NCBI GenBank assembly: GCA_963802945.1
Contig: CAWDKY010000001.1
Location: 1 to 31,882 of the forward strand
Reading direction: 5' to 3'
DNA: 31,882 nucleotides
Source: an uncultured delta proteobacterium
Lineage (GTDB): Bacteria; Desulfobacterota; RBG-13-43-22
In this document: positions 9,550 through 17,853 of the stretch, one piece after another
Numbering within the stretch: position 1 is the first letter of the stretch
How the letters are laid out: the number at the start of each line of letters is the position of its first letter
Made by a program: the position numbers and the translations under genes
The notes under the pieces: generated by a model
The model's database searches: none
What the model was told of the DNA's origin: nothing
The model's input: only the letters and a program-made list of their open reading frames with translations

Positions 9550-11711
9550 ATGATCATCTCACTCCTCTCAGTGGGCCTGATTTCCATTCTCGGTCAGGTT
9601 GTTCTGCTGAGGGAATTGAACGTTGCCTTCTATGGGGTTGAGCTGATTTACCTCTTTGCCCTGGGCATCTGGTTGTTCTGGACTGCCTCGGGTGCCCTGA
9701 TCGGCCGCCGGATTTATTTTCCATCCCCTAAGCACATTGCCTTTCTTTTTATGTCCTTTGCTGTCACCCTTTCTCTGGACGTGGTATTCATCCGTGCCAG
9801 CCGAATCCTTGTCGGCGGTGTGCCCGGTGCCTACCTCTCCCTCCTGCAACAATTGATGATTGCCGTCATATCCCTCCTCCCCGCAGGACTACTGTCCGGC
9901 CTTTTATTCCAGTGGTCGGCTAAAATATATGTAACCGGCGGCAGGACGCTGGCCATGGCTTATGCCATTGAAAGCGCCGGAGGACTGGTTGGTGGCTTAT
10001 TGGCCACTTTGTTCCTCAGATGGGGGATACAGAATTACACGATTGCCTTGGTGTGCGGCCTGGCCTTGGTTATTACACCGTTAGTCTTCTTGAGTGGTCC
10101 CGGGCAATCCACTCTGCGATGGACAGCGGTCATATTGACCGGTATTTTTCTTATGCTCCTGGGGAATGCGCCTCTACTGGACCGGCGGATGGACCGCTGG
10201 AACCATCCGAACCTCGTAGAAAGCAGGGATACGCCTTACGGCAGAGTTTCTGTCAGCAGACTCCATGGTCAGATATCTGTTTTTGAAAATGATGCTCTGG
10301 CCTTTGAGACGGAAGGAATCGAAGCCGAATACTTCGTCCACCTGGCGGCCCTCCAGCATCCCAGCCCCCAGCATGTTCTAATCCTCGGAGGGGGGATAGA
10401 AGGAACCGTAAGAGAAATGCTTCAGCATAGGCCGGAAAAAATCGACTACGTCGAACTGAACCCGGCGATGCTGAAGCTCGTTTCAGGACATCTCCCCGAT
10501 GCAATTCAAAAATCCCTCAAGGATCCACGTGTCCATATCATCTTTGCTGACCCCCGATTGTTCCTCAAAAAAAGCGGAACCTACGATCTCATATTGGTCG
10601 GGATGCCGGAACCGCAATCAGGACAAACCAACCGATTCTACACTAAGGAATTTTTTGAACAGTGCGCGGCAAAACTGAATTCCGGGGGCATCCTGGCCTT
10701 CAGGCTCCGCTCGGCCGAGAATCTATGGAGTCCTCAATTGCTGTGGCGCACGGCAAGTATTTACCGCGCTCTCACATCGGTTTATACCTGTGTGCTTTTT
10801 CTGCCGGGAACGACCAATGTTGTGACTGCTTCCCGCAAACCCCTATCGCGCCTGCCGGAGGCCATGTCCGGCCGCCTCCAAGAACGGAAGCTCAAGACCA
10901 GATTAATATCCGCCAACTACATTAAATATCTCTTTACAAACGATCGGTTCTTTGAAATCGAAAAGTTATTGCAGAAAGAAACGGCTCAGCCGAATACCGA
11001 CTTGAGACCTGTATGCTACCAGTATGCTTTCATGATCTGGCTGTCGAAGTTCTTTCCCCACATCTCTTTGCTAGATTTCTCTTTCTTCATTGACCAAGGG
11101 TCTCTAACACCTTCTTTTCAATGGTTGCTGTATATTGGTCTTCCTATTATTTTTCTGCTCAGCCGCCTCTGGCCGACTTGGCGCCGCGTATTGCTGGTCG
11201 CCGTTGCCGGCTTCATGGGCATGGTTCTGGAGACGATTCTCATTCTCTACTATCAAGCGAAACATGGCGTGCTCTACCAGGACATAGGGATTCTGCTAAT
11301 GAGCTTCATGGCCGGGCTCGCCCTGGGTTCCATGACCATCAATAAATGGATGGTCCGTTTAATGAATCAGCGAAAACCGGCCAGATGGTATGGGGTTGGC
11401 CTGCTTTTCGGTTTCGTTCTGCTTGGCCTTATTCTAACAACAATAATAACGCTGAGCCTTCATCAGGTTTAGCCCAGGCCTCATTGTTATTGGCAGCAGT
11501 AGGCATTTTAGTCGCGGGCATCTTCGCCTATGTCAGCCTTTATGAAATTCAAGATCAAAAGAGCGTGATTTCACCCCTGTATTCGGCGGACCTCATCGGA
11601 GGGTGTGCAGGTTCACTCCTTGCAGGCTTGATTTTAATCCCCGTGGCAGGGATCGATATAACGACACGAGCGATGGTTATGCTGGCCGTATTTTCTGTTC
11701 TTTTGGTCTGA
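9550..11711 (+). CDS. Membrane-bound spermidine synthase-like protein (multi-TM plus SAM/dcSAM-binding domain), frameshifted near 11460
   Basis: N-terminal TM bundle, TPYGRV, VLILGGG, DYVELNP, D.R.F, NRFYTKEFF and NTD.RP motifs. The C-terminal TM part (LYSADLIGG) continues in the 11346..11711 frame. Likely start is the ATG at 9550. Confidence 0.8.
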
Positions 11712-11742
11712 TTTAAAAGGTTGTAAGGAATTTCTTATCAAA

Positions 11743-12939
11743 CTACAGATTATTTACCGCCGATTCTATCCGAAGTAATGCCTTCTCAAGGATAACGCGA
11801 GGACAGGCAATATTCATCCTCTCAAAACCGGAACCGCCCGATCCAAAAAGAAATCCGTCGTCGAGACCTACCCTGGCCTTGTCCCGCATGAAATTTCTCA
11901 GTTCCATCTTATCCATTAGCAGGTCGCGACAATCCAGCCAGATGAGATAGGTGCCCTCTGGTTTAATGACCTTTATCCTGGGGATTCTATCGGCAAAAAA
12001 GGGCATCAGGAAATCCAGGTTGCCTTGTAAGTATTCCAAAAGCTGGTCGAGCCAATCATCCCCCAACCGATAAGCGGCTTCCAGGGCCGCATACCCGAAG
12101 AGACTCGGACCAGGTAAAATGCCGGCCCTGGCAGCGGCAAAATCCGTTCGAAGTTTCTTGTTTGGAATGATGATGGAGGAAACCCCCAGGCCGGCCAGAT
12201 TGAAGGTTTTGCTGGGTGCCATGCAGATAATGGAATTCTGCTCAAACTCTTCAGAGATGGAGGCGAAGGGGATGTGTTTATGGCCTTTGAACAGGAGTTC
12301 GCAATGGATTTCATCGGAAATAACCATTACACCATGGCGGATGGCCATCTCTCCCACACGGATCAGTTCTTCCTTGTTCCAGAGACGCCCTACCGGATTA
12401 TGGGGATTACAGAGTATAATAGCCTTAACCCGGCTGGGGATCGGGCGCATACCTGCCTTAGGTTGAAACCTGTTTTCTAGGTCTTCATAATCCATTTCGT
12501 AATGACCGCTTGTGAGTTTTAATTCATTGGTGGAGATTTGGCATCCGCTCGATGTCACTGCCGGGAAAAACGGGAAGTAAACCGGTTCCTGGATAATGAC
12601 CTCATCACCAGGATGAGTCAACATTCTGACGGCGGCATTGAGCGCTGGAACAACCCCGGGGGTAAAAACTACCCATTCCGGCTTGATCTTCCAGTTGAAT
12701 TTTCGTTGCATTCGCTCGACCACGGCCTGAACGACTCCCGTCCCCGGCATGGTATATCCATAAAAGGGATGCTCTGCCCTTTTTTTCAGGGCTTCAACAA
12801 TAGGCTGGGCCACCGGAAAATCCATATCCGCCACCCACATGGGAATCACATCCTCACTTCCGAAAAGTGATTGCACGGAATCCCACTTGGCACAGTCGGT
12901 GTTTTTTCTGTCACAAACCTGTTCAAAATCATATTTCAT
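11743..12939 (-). CDS. MalY/PatB-family PLP-dependent C-S lyase (cystathionine beta-lyase-like)
   Basis: PMWVADMDF, LCNPHNPVG, SDEIH, APSKTFNLAG (PLP lysine), R.NIACPR. Confidence 0.9.
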   Translation of the reverse strand: MKYDFEQVCDRKNTDCAKWDSVQSLFGSEDVIPMWVADMDFPVAQPIVEALKKRAEHPFYGYTMPGTGVVQAVVERMQRKFNWKIKPEWVVFTPGVVPALNAAVRMLTHPGDEVIIQEPVYFPFFPAVTSSGCQISTNELKLTSGHYEMDYEDLENRFQPKAGMRPIPSRVKAIILCNPHNPVGRLWNKEELIRVGEMAIRHGVMVISDEIHCELLFKGHKHIPFASISEEFEQNSIICMAPSKTFNLAGLGVSSIIIPNKKLRTDFAAARAGILPGPSLFGYAALEAAYRLGDDWLDQLLEYLQGNLDFLMPFFADRIPRIKVIKPEGTYLIWLDCRDLLMDKMELRNFMRDKARVGLDDGFLFGSGGSGFERMNIACPRVILEKALLRIESAVNNL

Positions 12940-12959
12940 TTAGGTTCCTTTTTCTCCCA

Positions 12960-13113
12960 TACAGGTTGCTGAAAAAGGCCCATCTACTGTGTTGCCCTTA
13001 TCCCTCGTCATTGCGACGTACTTCTCTGTACGACTCATTCCTCGGGATTTCGGGCGTCTTGTATCTGAGCCTTTTTGAACAACCTGTAAAAATGATTTTT
13101 CAGCATCCTATTA
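12960..13113 (+). mobile_element. MITE-like repeat, copy 1
   Basis: ACAGGTTGCTGAAAAAGGCCC...CATTGCGACGTAC...CCTTTTTGAACAACCTGT plus tail; near-identical to the reverse complement of 14497-14651 and to 30791-30980. Confidence 0.8.
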
Positions 13114-13205
13114 ATATGGAAATAACATCTTCGGCTCTACCCTCCCACCTTGAGAGGGGGGGTGAGATAAGATAAGGGAAAATTTACACAATAAAAAGCA
13201 GGAAT

Positions 13206-13841
13206 TTATTTTACGTCGGCCTGATTATCATAGCCCTGCTTTTCCCAAAATCCTTGATAGGGTTTATCGGAAAGCTCAATCCGGGTCACCCATTTGACCC
13301 ACTTATAGCCCAACTTGGATTCAGCCACAACCTGAAAGGGAAATCCTCTTTTGGCATCCAAAGTTCGGTCGTTAATTTCAAAAGCCAGCAATAGGTCAAG
13401 ATGCTCGACATCTTTAAAAGTCAAAGACGAGGAGTCGCCGTCGGTTGCATAAAAAATAATCGTTGCTGCTTCGGGTTTTACTTTGGCTCGGTTCAATAAG
13501 TCCTTTATCCGAACCCCTTTAAACAAGAGGGTTTCCGTCCAACCCTCCACGCAGTGCAGGGTAATCACCCTTTCCTGAATGGGTAGTTTCAAGACCTCCT
13601 GATAAGTCATCGACTGAGGAGATTCCACCAGACCGTTTATGGTCAACCGATAAGTTTTAGGATTCACCTTTTGTGGACCTTTAATGGAATTGTCATAGGC
13701 CCGATCAAAAGGATCAAGATGTTTCCCTTGATAATCTCTGATCTCTCTCGTTGTCACTGAACTGGCTGAAAATAGAAGGGCCGGGAAGGCCATTAGGAAA
13801 ATACCCAAAGCAAGAAACCATATTAAGGTTCGAGTATTCAT
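13206..13841 (-). CDS. Molybdopterin-dependent oxidoreductase (sulfite oxidase/MsrP-like Moco domain) with hydrophobic N-terminus
   Basis: YRLTINGLVE.P, LHCVEGW (Mo-ligating Cys), GFPFQVV, GYKWVKWV, GFWE..GY. Confidence 0.85.
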   Translation of the reverse strand: MNTRTLIWFLALGIFLMAFPALLFSASSVTTREIRDYQGKHLDPFDRAYDNSIKGPQKVNPKTYRLTINGLVESPQSMTYQEVLKLPIQERVITLHCVEGWTETLLFKGVRIKDLLNRAKVKPEAATIIFYATDGDSSSLTFKDVEHLDLLLAFEINDRTLDAKRGFPFQVVAESKLGYKWVKWVTRIELSDKPYQGFWEKQGYDNQADVK

Positions 13842-13871
13842 AATATCGCCTCCAATCGTTGTTCGGGTATC

Positions 13872-14462
13872 TTATTTATAATTTTCGGGATGAAAATGTC
13901 TTTCTACCAGCTCGATTAAGATATGAAGCACTTTGATGTGCAGTTCCTGAACACGGTCGGCAAATTGACCACCGGGTGTGCAAATGCAGACGTCTGCCCG
14001 GTTTTTCAATTCCGATCCGGCTTTCCCTGTCAAGACGATCACCTTGATCCCTGAGGACCGGGCCGTTTCAACCGCCTTAAGTACACTCAGACTTTTTCCG
14101 CTGGTACTTATGGCTAAGAGACAATCACCCTTGACCCCATGACTTTCCAGGTATCGGGAGAAAACATAGTCATAACCGAAGTCATTGGCTACACAAGTCA
14201 AATGGCTTGGATCGCTGATGGCCACGGCCGGATAGCCTTTACGGTTTTTTCGATAACGGCCGGTAAGCTCTTCAGCAAAATGCATGGCATCACACATGGA
14301 CCCGCCGTTTCCGCAGGAAAAAACACGGCCTTTATTCTTGAAGGTTTCGATCAAAATTTTAGCCGCCGATTTAATCTTCTCTAAGGTCCCCTCGTCGGCC
14401 AGTAATCCTTCAAGGGCATCCTGGGCCTCTTTCAGGCTTGCTGTAATATTTTTAATCATCAT
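13872..14462 (-). CDS. gmhA: D-sedoheptulose 7-phosphate isomerase
   Basis: [38 protein letters not shown]. Confidence 0.93.
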   Translation of the reverse strand: MMIKNITASLKEAQDALEGLLADEGTLEKIKSAAKILIETFKNKGRVFSCGNGGSMCDAMHFAEELTGRYRKNRKGYPAVAISDPSHLTCVANDFGYDYVFSRYLESHGVKGDCLLAISTSGKSLSVLKAVETARSSGIKVIVLTGKAGSELKNRADVCICTPGGQFADRVQELHIKVLHILIELVERHFHPENYK

Positions 14463-14496
14463 GAAATCTCCTCAAGAACTTTCATTATAGAACTAT

Positions 14497-14651
14497 TAAC
14501 AGAACTCAAAAAAAACTCCTTTTAAGGTTGCTCAAAAAGGTCCAGATACAAGGCGCCCAAAATCCCGAGGAATGAGTCGTACATTGAAGTACGTCGCAAT
14601 GACGAGGGATGAGGGCAACGCAGTAGATGGGCCTTTTTCAGCAACCTGTTA
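14497..14651 (-). mobile_element. MITE-like repeat, copy 2 (inverted)
   Basis: TAACAG...GGTTGCTCAAAAAGG...GTACGTCGCAATG...GGGCCTTTTTCAGCAACCTGTTA. Confidence 0.8.
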
Positions 14652-14690
14652 ATAACTTTTTAGAAATAGTATCAGAATCAGGATGTTATG

Positions 14691-15746
14691 TCAAACAGTA
14701 CAGGAAGGATGGAAACACTGGGGATCTTCGGCAAGAAAATCCCTCTCTCCTTTGGATTGAGAAAAGGCATAAGCAATGGCCCGGCAGCCGCGGCAGGCAG
14801 CCCATCGTTTACAAGAACCGCATTTCCCCTTATACTGACTCCTATCCCTCAGCCTTTCCAGGATAGGGGAAGTAACCCATAATTCCCGCAAAGAATCCTT
14901 TCGGATATTTCCAATAGGGATTGGAAGTCTTCGGCAGGGAGTGATCGTTCCATCGGGTAAGATGGTCATTCCCGACACTCCGGCGGCACATCCCCCTAAA
15001 GGGACATCGCCTGAATCCTGTCCATCGGCAAAACAATCCATTTGGGAGGCCACAGGGTCTCCGGTAACTATTTCAAGACCATCTAACTTGCAGGAAAAGA
15101 TTTGCCGATAGAGATCTCTGACCCTCTCTCTGGATAAGGTATGCGATAATAATCCAGCCCCTTTCCCCGACGGCACCAATCTGGAGAATCCCAGTCGGCT
15201 GACTCCAAGCGATTTTGCTAAATCGATCATTTCAAAAATGCTTCCGGCATTGAGTTCCGACAAGGTCATATTCAAGGTGATAGGAATTCTCTCTGACTTC
15301 AAATGGGCAACCCCCTTGAGTGAAGCGGAAAAACTTCCCTTACCCCTGATTGAATCGTGAATCTCTTCCGGCCCCTCCATGCTGATCTGAACCCCTTTTA
15401 TTGGCAGCCCGGCCAATTGTTTGGCCTTTTCCCGGTCAATCAAAATACCGTTAGACAGCAGGTAAAGATCAAATCTCTTTGCTCCCATAATCTCTAAAAT
15501 CTCAAAGAGATCAGGTCTTAAAAAGGGCTCCCCGCCGGTGACATTAAAACTGGGAGAAAAAGAGATTTCATGGGTCTCAGACCAGGCCTGGATCATCTCT
15601 GCAATTTCCACAACTACCGGCTTGATCTCCGATAAAGACATCTCACCTGGGAACTTCCCTTCCTGATAACAATGGCTGCACCTTAGGTTACACCGCTCGG
15701 TCAAGTGCCATTGGATAAAAAAATCAAAAAAATGATGGGTTAACAT
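14691..15746 (-). CDS. Radical SAM/SPASM-domain protein, probable peptide maturase
   Basis: QWHLTERCNLRCSHCY (CxxxCxxC) and TGGEP; SPASM cysteines CAAG...G.ITPC...CGSC..WAACRGCRA...DPQC; lies directly downstream of a small peptide gene. Confidence 0.88.
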   Translation of the reverse strand: MLTHHFFDFFIQWHLTERCNLRCSHCYQEGKFPGEMSLSEIKPVVVEIAEMIQAWSETHEISFSPSFNVTGGEPFLRPDLFEILEIMGAKRFDLYLLSNGILIDREKAKQLAGLPIKGVQISMEGPEEIHDSIRGKGSFSASLKGVAHLKSERIPITLNMTLSELNAGSIFEMIDLAKSLGVSRLGFSRLVPSGKGAGLLSHTLSRERVRDLYRQIFSCKLDGLEIVTGDPVASQMDCFADGQDSGDVPLGGCAAGVSGMTILPDGTITPCRRLPIPIGNIRKDSLRELWVTSPILERLRDRSQYKGKCGSCKRWAACRGCRAIAYAFSQSKGERDFLAEDPQCFHPSCTV

Positions 15747-15848
15747 GCGCGATTTGAATTTAGAATTTCAATTTCGGAACAAATAGGGGTCTCAAAATAA
15801 TCTTAAAAACTGTTCTCTGGAATTCGAGGCAGACCCTAATAAATAAGA

Positions 15849-15892
15849 AAGGGCGGATAAGACTTAGATCACCAGCTTGTTTATCCGCCCTT
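15849..15892 (-). terminator. Intercistronic stem-loop (terminator/attenuator or mRNA stabiliser) after the peptide gene
   Basis: Perfect 12-bp stem AAGGGCGGATAA/TTATCCGCCCTT followed by a U-rich TCTTATTT on the minus strand. Confidence 0.6.
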
Positions 15893-15898
15893 GATTTG

Positions 15899-15917
15899 CG
15901 TTGCTATCCAAGCAACG
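15899..15917 (-). promoter_or_regulatory. Putative bacterial SECIS hairpin
   Basis: CGTTGCT-TGGAT-AGCAACG: 7-bp perfect stem with G at loop position 2; the loop lies 26, 17 and 8 nt after the three in-frame UGAs. Confidence 0.55.
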
Positions 15918-16041
15918 TTCAGGATTTTCAACTCTTTCACTTGTGGCATACCTTTCCAGGATTTTCCTTTAAGACCTTCTTCACTTTATCCCAGTAGGCA
16001 GCCTCCTTGGCCATGACCTTAGGGGTCAGCTTATTGGTCAT
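15904..16041 (-). CDS. Putative selenocysteine-containing RiPP precursor (MTNKLTPKVMAKEAAYWDKVKKVLKENPGKVCHKUKSUKSUTLLG)
   Basis: GGAGGTGA Shine-Dalgarno (16048-16055), ATG at 16041, in-frame TGA at codons 35, 38 and 41 in register with Cys32, TAG at 15904-15906; flanked by two radical SAM genes. It is 34 aa if the first TGA is a stop. Confidence 0.72.
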
Positions 16042-16074
16042 CCCGATTCACCTCCCTTTACATAAAGTTTTTAT

Positions 16075-17730
16075 CTATGATACCAATTGATGGAAGGATG
16101 TCAAAGCTTTTTTTACCCTAATCACCTTTCCTTCTTGAGTTTTGATAAAATCCAGTCTGTTCCAAAAATTAAAAAATAAATCTTTGTTAAACCTGGAAAG
16201 CGGTTTACAACCTTCCTTGGTGGCCGCATATAGACGGCCTTCCTGCAATAGCTTTTCGAAAAGTTCGGCCCCGAGGGTCGATCTTTTCCCCCTGTTGCGC
16301 GCTATGTTTAGGGCTTCTTCCAGACCTGACGATTCATTTTCAAATCGGAGGCCTTTAAAAAAGTTGATGATCCGCGTGACCACGAAAAGGGTATAAATGT
16401 CTTTCCGCTTAAAATGATCGGTTTCAACCGACAGGGCGGTCAGCCGGGATTTAAAAATATCCTCTTCGGTTGGGTCCGGAAATATTTGGGCCATGGGGGA
16501 ATTGGGCGTCAAATAAAATGGCGAAGCGCCCAGAAGAACAGGAAGTTGAGAATTCAGACACAGAGTTTGGATCATCGAATCCAGGGATTCGCCCGGCAAA
16601 CCCAGTACCTGATAGGCAACGATTTTAAATCCCAACCTGGATGCTTCGTTTACGATTTGAAGATATTTTTCCATTCCTTGAGGTCGAAGGGTCTCTTTCA
16701 GGATTTTCGGATTGGATGTGACCAGAGAAAGATTAAGGTGTGTAAAATTGGCCTCTCTCATCAATTGTAACAATTCCGGGTCCAGACTTTGATAAGAGAT
16801 CCCGTTCATGGCCAGGCATTCGATCTCTCCAGGAGGAAAAGTCTGTTTCATTTTCCGGCATAAAGTTTTCATCTCCTCTTGGTCATAAGTGAGATTATCG
16901 TCTTCGAAATCGAACACCCGGTAGCCTTCTTGATAACGTCCGTAAATTTCTTTAAATACATTTTCAGCGGATCTCCTTCGGTGCAGAGGAAAGGTGCAGT
17001 GCACCGAGCAGAAAGAACATCGATGCGGACAGCCCCGGGAGGTAATGAGAAAACACAAAGGTCGTTTTTCATAACAATACTTTTTCAGTCCTAAATCTGA
17101 AAATTCCGGTAGGGAAAGTTCTTCTATGGGATAAGGTTCTCCCAATGGATTGAAAATCAACCGGCCTTCTTGTTTGTATCCCAATCCTGGAACCTGTTCC
17201 AACCCCCTTCCTCTCTGACAGACCTTGATCAATTCCACCAGGGGCCTCTCTCCTTCCCCCCGAATCACCCAATCGACCGCAGGATGTTTAAGCATCAAAT
17301 CCGGAACGGCCGAGACATGGGATCCGCCAATGACTATAGGACAACTGGTTTTCTTTTTGATCGCTCCGGCGCATTGCAACACCTCTTGATAGTAAGGGGA
17401 AAAGAGCGAAGATATGCCCACAAGGTCAGGTTTTTCATAGGCCACTGCCCGGGCAATAGTTTCAAAAGAGGCCCCAAAATGATAATAATAATGAAACAAA
17501 GAAAAAGGACTTTGGTCCGGCCAGGGATAATACGTTTTCAGATAAGTTAATGCCTTGGGTAAAGCAATCGTCCGCCTGCTCCAGCCCTGATGGAAATCCA
17601 TGATGACCACCTTGACTTCCGACAAATGTTTTTTGACCGCCGCCTTCAGATAAGCCAGGCCCAAAGGTTGAAGCCTTACCTTTGTATCGTAGAAATCCTG
17701 AATCGGGGGCTGGACAAGAACAAGTTTCAT
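16075..17730 (-). CDS. B12-binding domain radical SAM protein (class B methyltransferase-like)
   Basis: PLGLAYL, PDLVGIS, IVIGGSH and RGEGE (B12-binding domain); TSRGCPHRCSFC and FEDDN. Confidence 0.88.
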   Translation of the reverse strand: MKLVLVQPPIQDFYDTKVRLQPLGLAYLKAAVKKHLSEVKVVIMDFHQGWSRRTIALPKALTYLKTYYPWPDQSPFSLFHYYYHFGASFETIARAVAYEKPDLVGISSLFSPYYQEVLQCAGAIKKKTSCPIVIGGSHVSAVPDLMLKHPAVDWVIRGEGERPLVELIKVCQRGRGLEQVPGLGYKQEGRLIFNPLGEPYPIEELSLPEFSDLGLKKYCYEKRPLCFLITSRGCPHRCSFCSVHCTFPLHRRRSAENVFKEIYGRYQEGYRVFDFEDDNLTYDQEEMKTLCRKMKQTFPPGEIECLAMNGISYQSLDPELLQLMREANFTHLNLSLVTSNPKILKETLRPQGMEKYLQIVNEASRLGFKIVAYQVLGLPGESLDSMIQTLCLNSQLPVLLGASPFYLTPNSPMAQIFPDPTEEDIFKSRLTALSVETDHFKRKDIYTLFVVTRIINFFKGLRFENESSGLEEALNIARNRGKRSTLGAELFEKLLQEGRLYAATKEGCKPLSRFNKDLFFNFWNRLDFIKTQEGKVIRVKKALTSFHQLVS

Positions 17731-17742
17731 GGTTATTTTTTA

Positions 17743-17772
17743 TTGCATCGTTAATGGGAAAGCCGTTATACT
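17743..17772 (+). promoter_or_regulatory. Putative sigma70 promoter for the flavoprotein gene
   Basis: TTGCAT-N18-TATACT in the divergent intergenic region. Confidence 0.35.
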
Positions 17773-17853
17773 ATAGTCTAGAAAAAAGAAGGATTCAAGG
17801 GTCCTAGAGACCAAGGATTAGTTTTAATCTCAACATTTCAGGAGGCTGAACAC

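Noticed and set aside
630-11465. Programmed ribosomal frameshifting
   Set aside because: No consistent slippery heptamers or stimulatory structures; these families are not known to use it; sequencing indels are the simpler explanation.
12867-13175. 102-aa ORF, and the similar ORFs 14627..14866 and 30798..31067
   Set aside because: They run through or out of the MITE copies; the shared LLKKAHL...LFEQPVK text is translated repeat DNA.
11743-14462. malY, Moco oxidoreductase and gmhA as part of the selenopeptide cluster (e.g. MalY as a Sec lyase)
   Set aside because: They are co-oriented but separated by MITEs and have ordinary stand-alone functions; the sequence shows no evidence of linkage.
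15904-15939. TGA read as Trp/Gly through an alternative genetic code
   Set aside because: Ordinary genes in the window end in TGA (tupB, amrS, mmsA, GPH transporter), Trp is encoded by TGG, and no long gene shows internal TGAs. Any recoding must be local.
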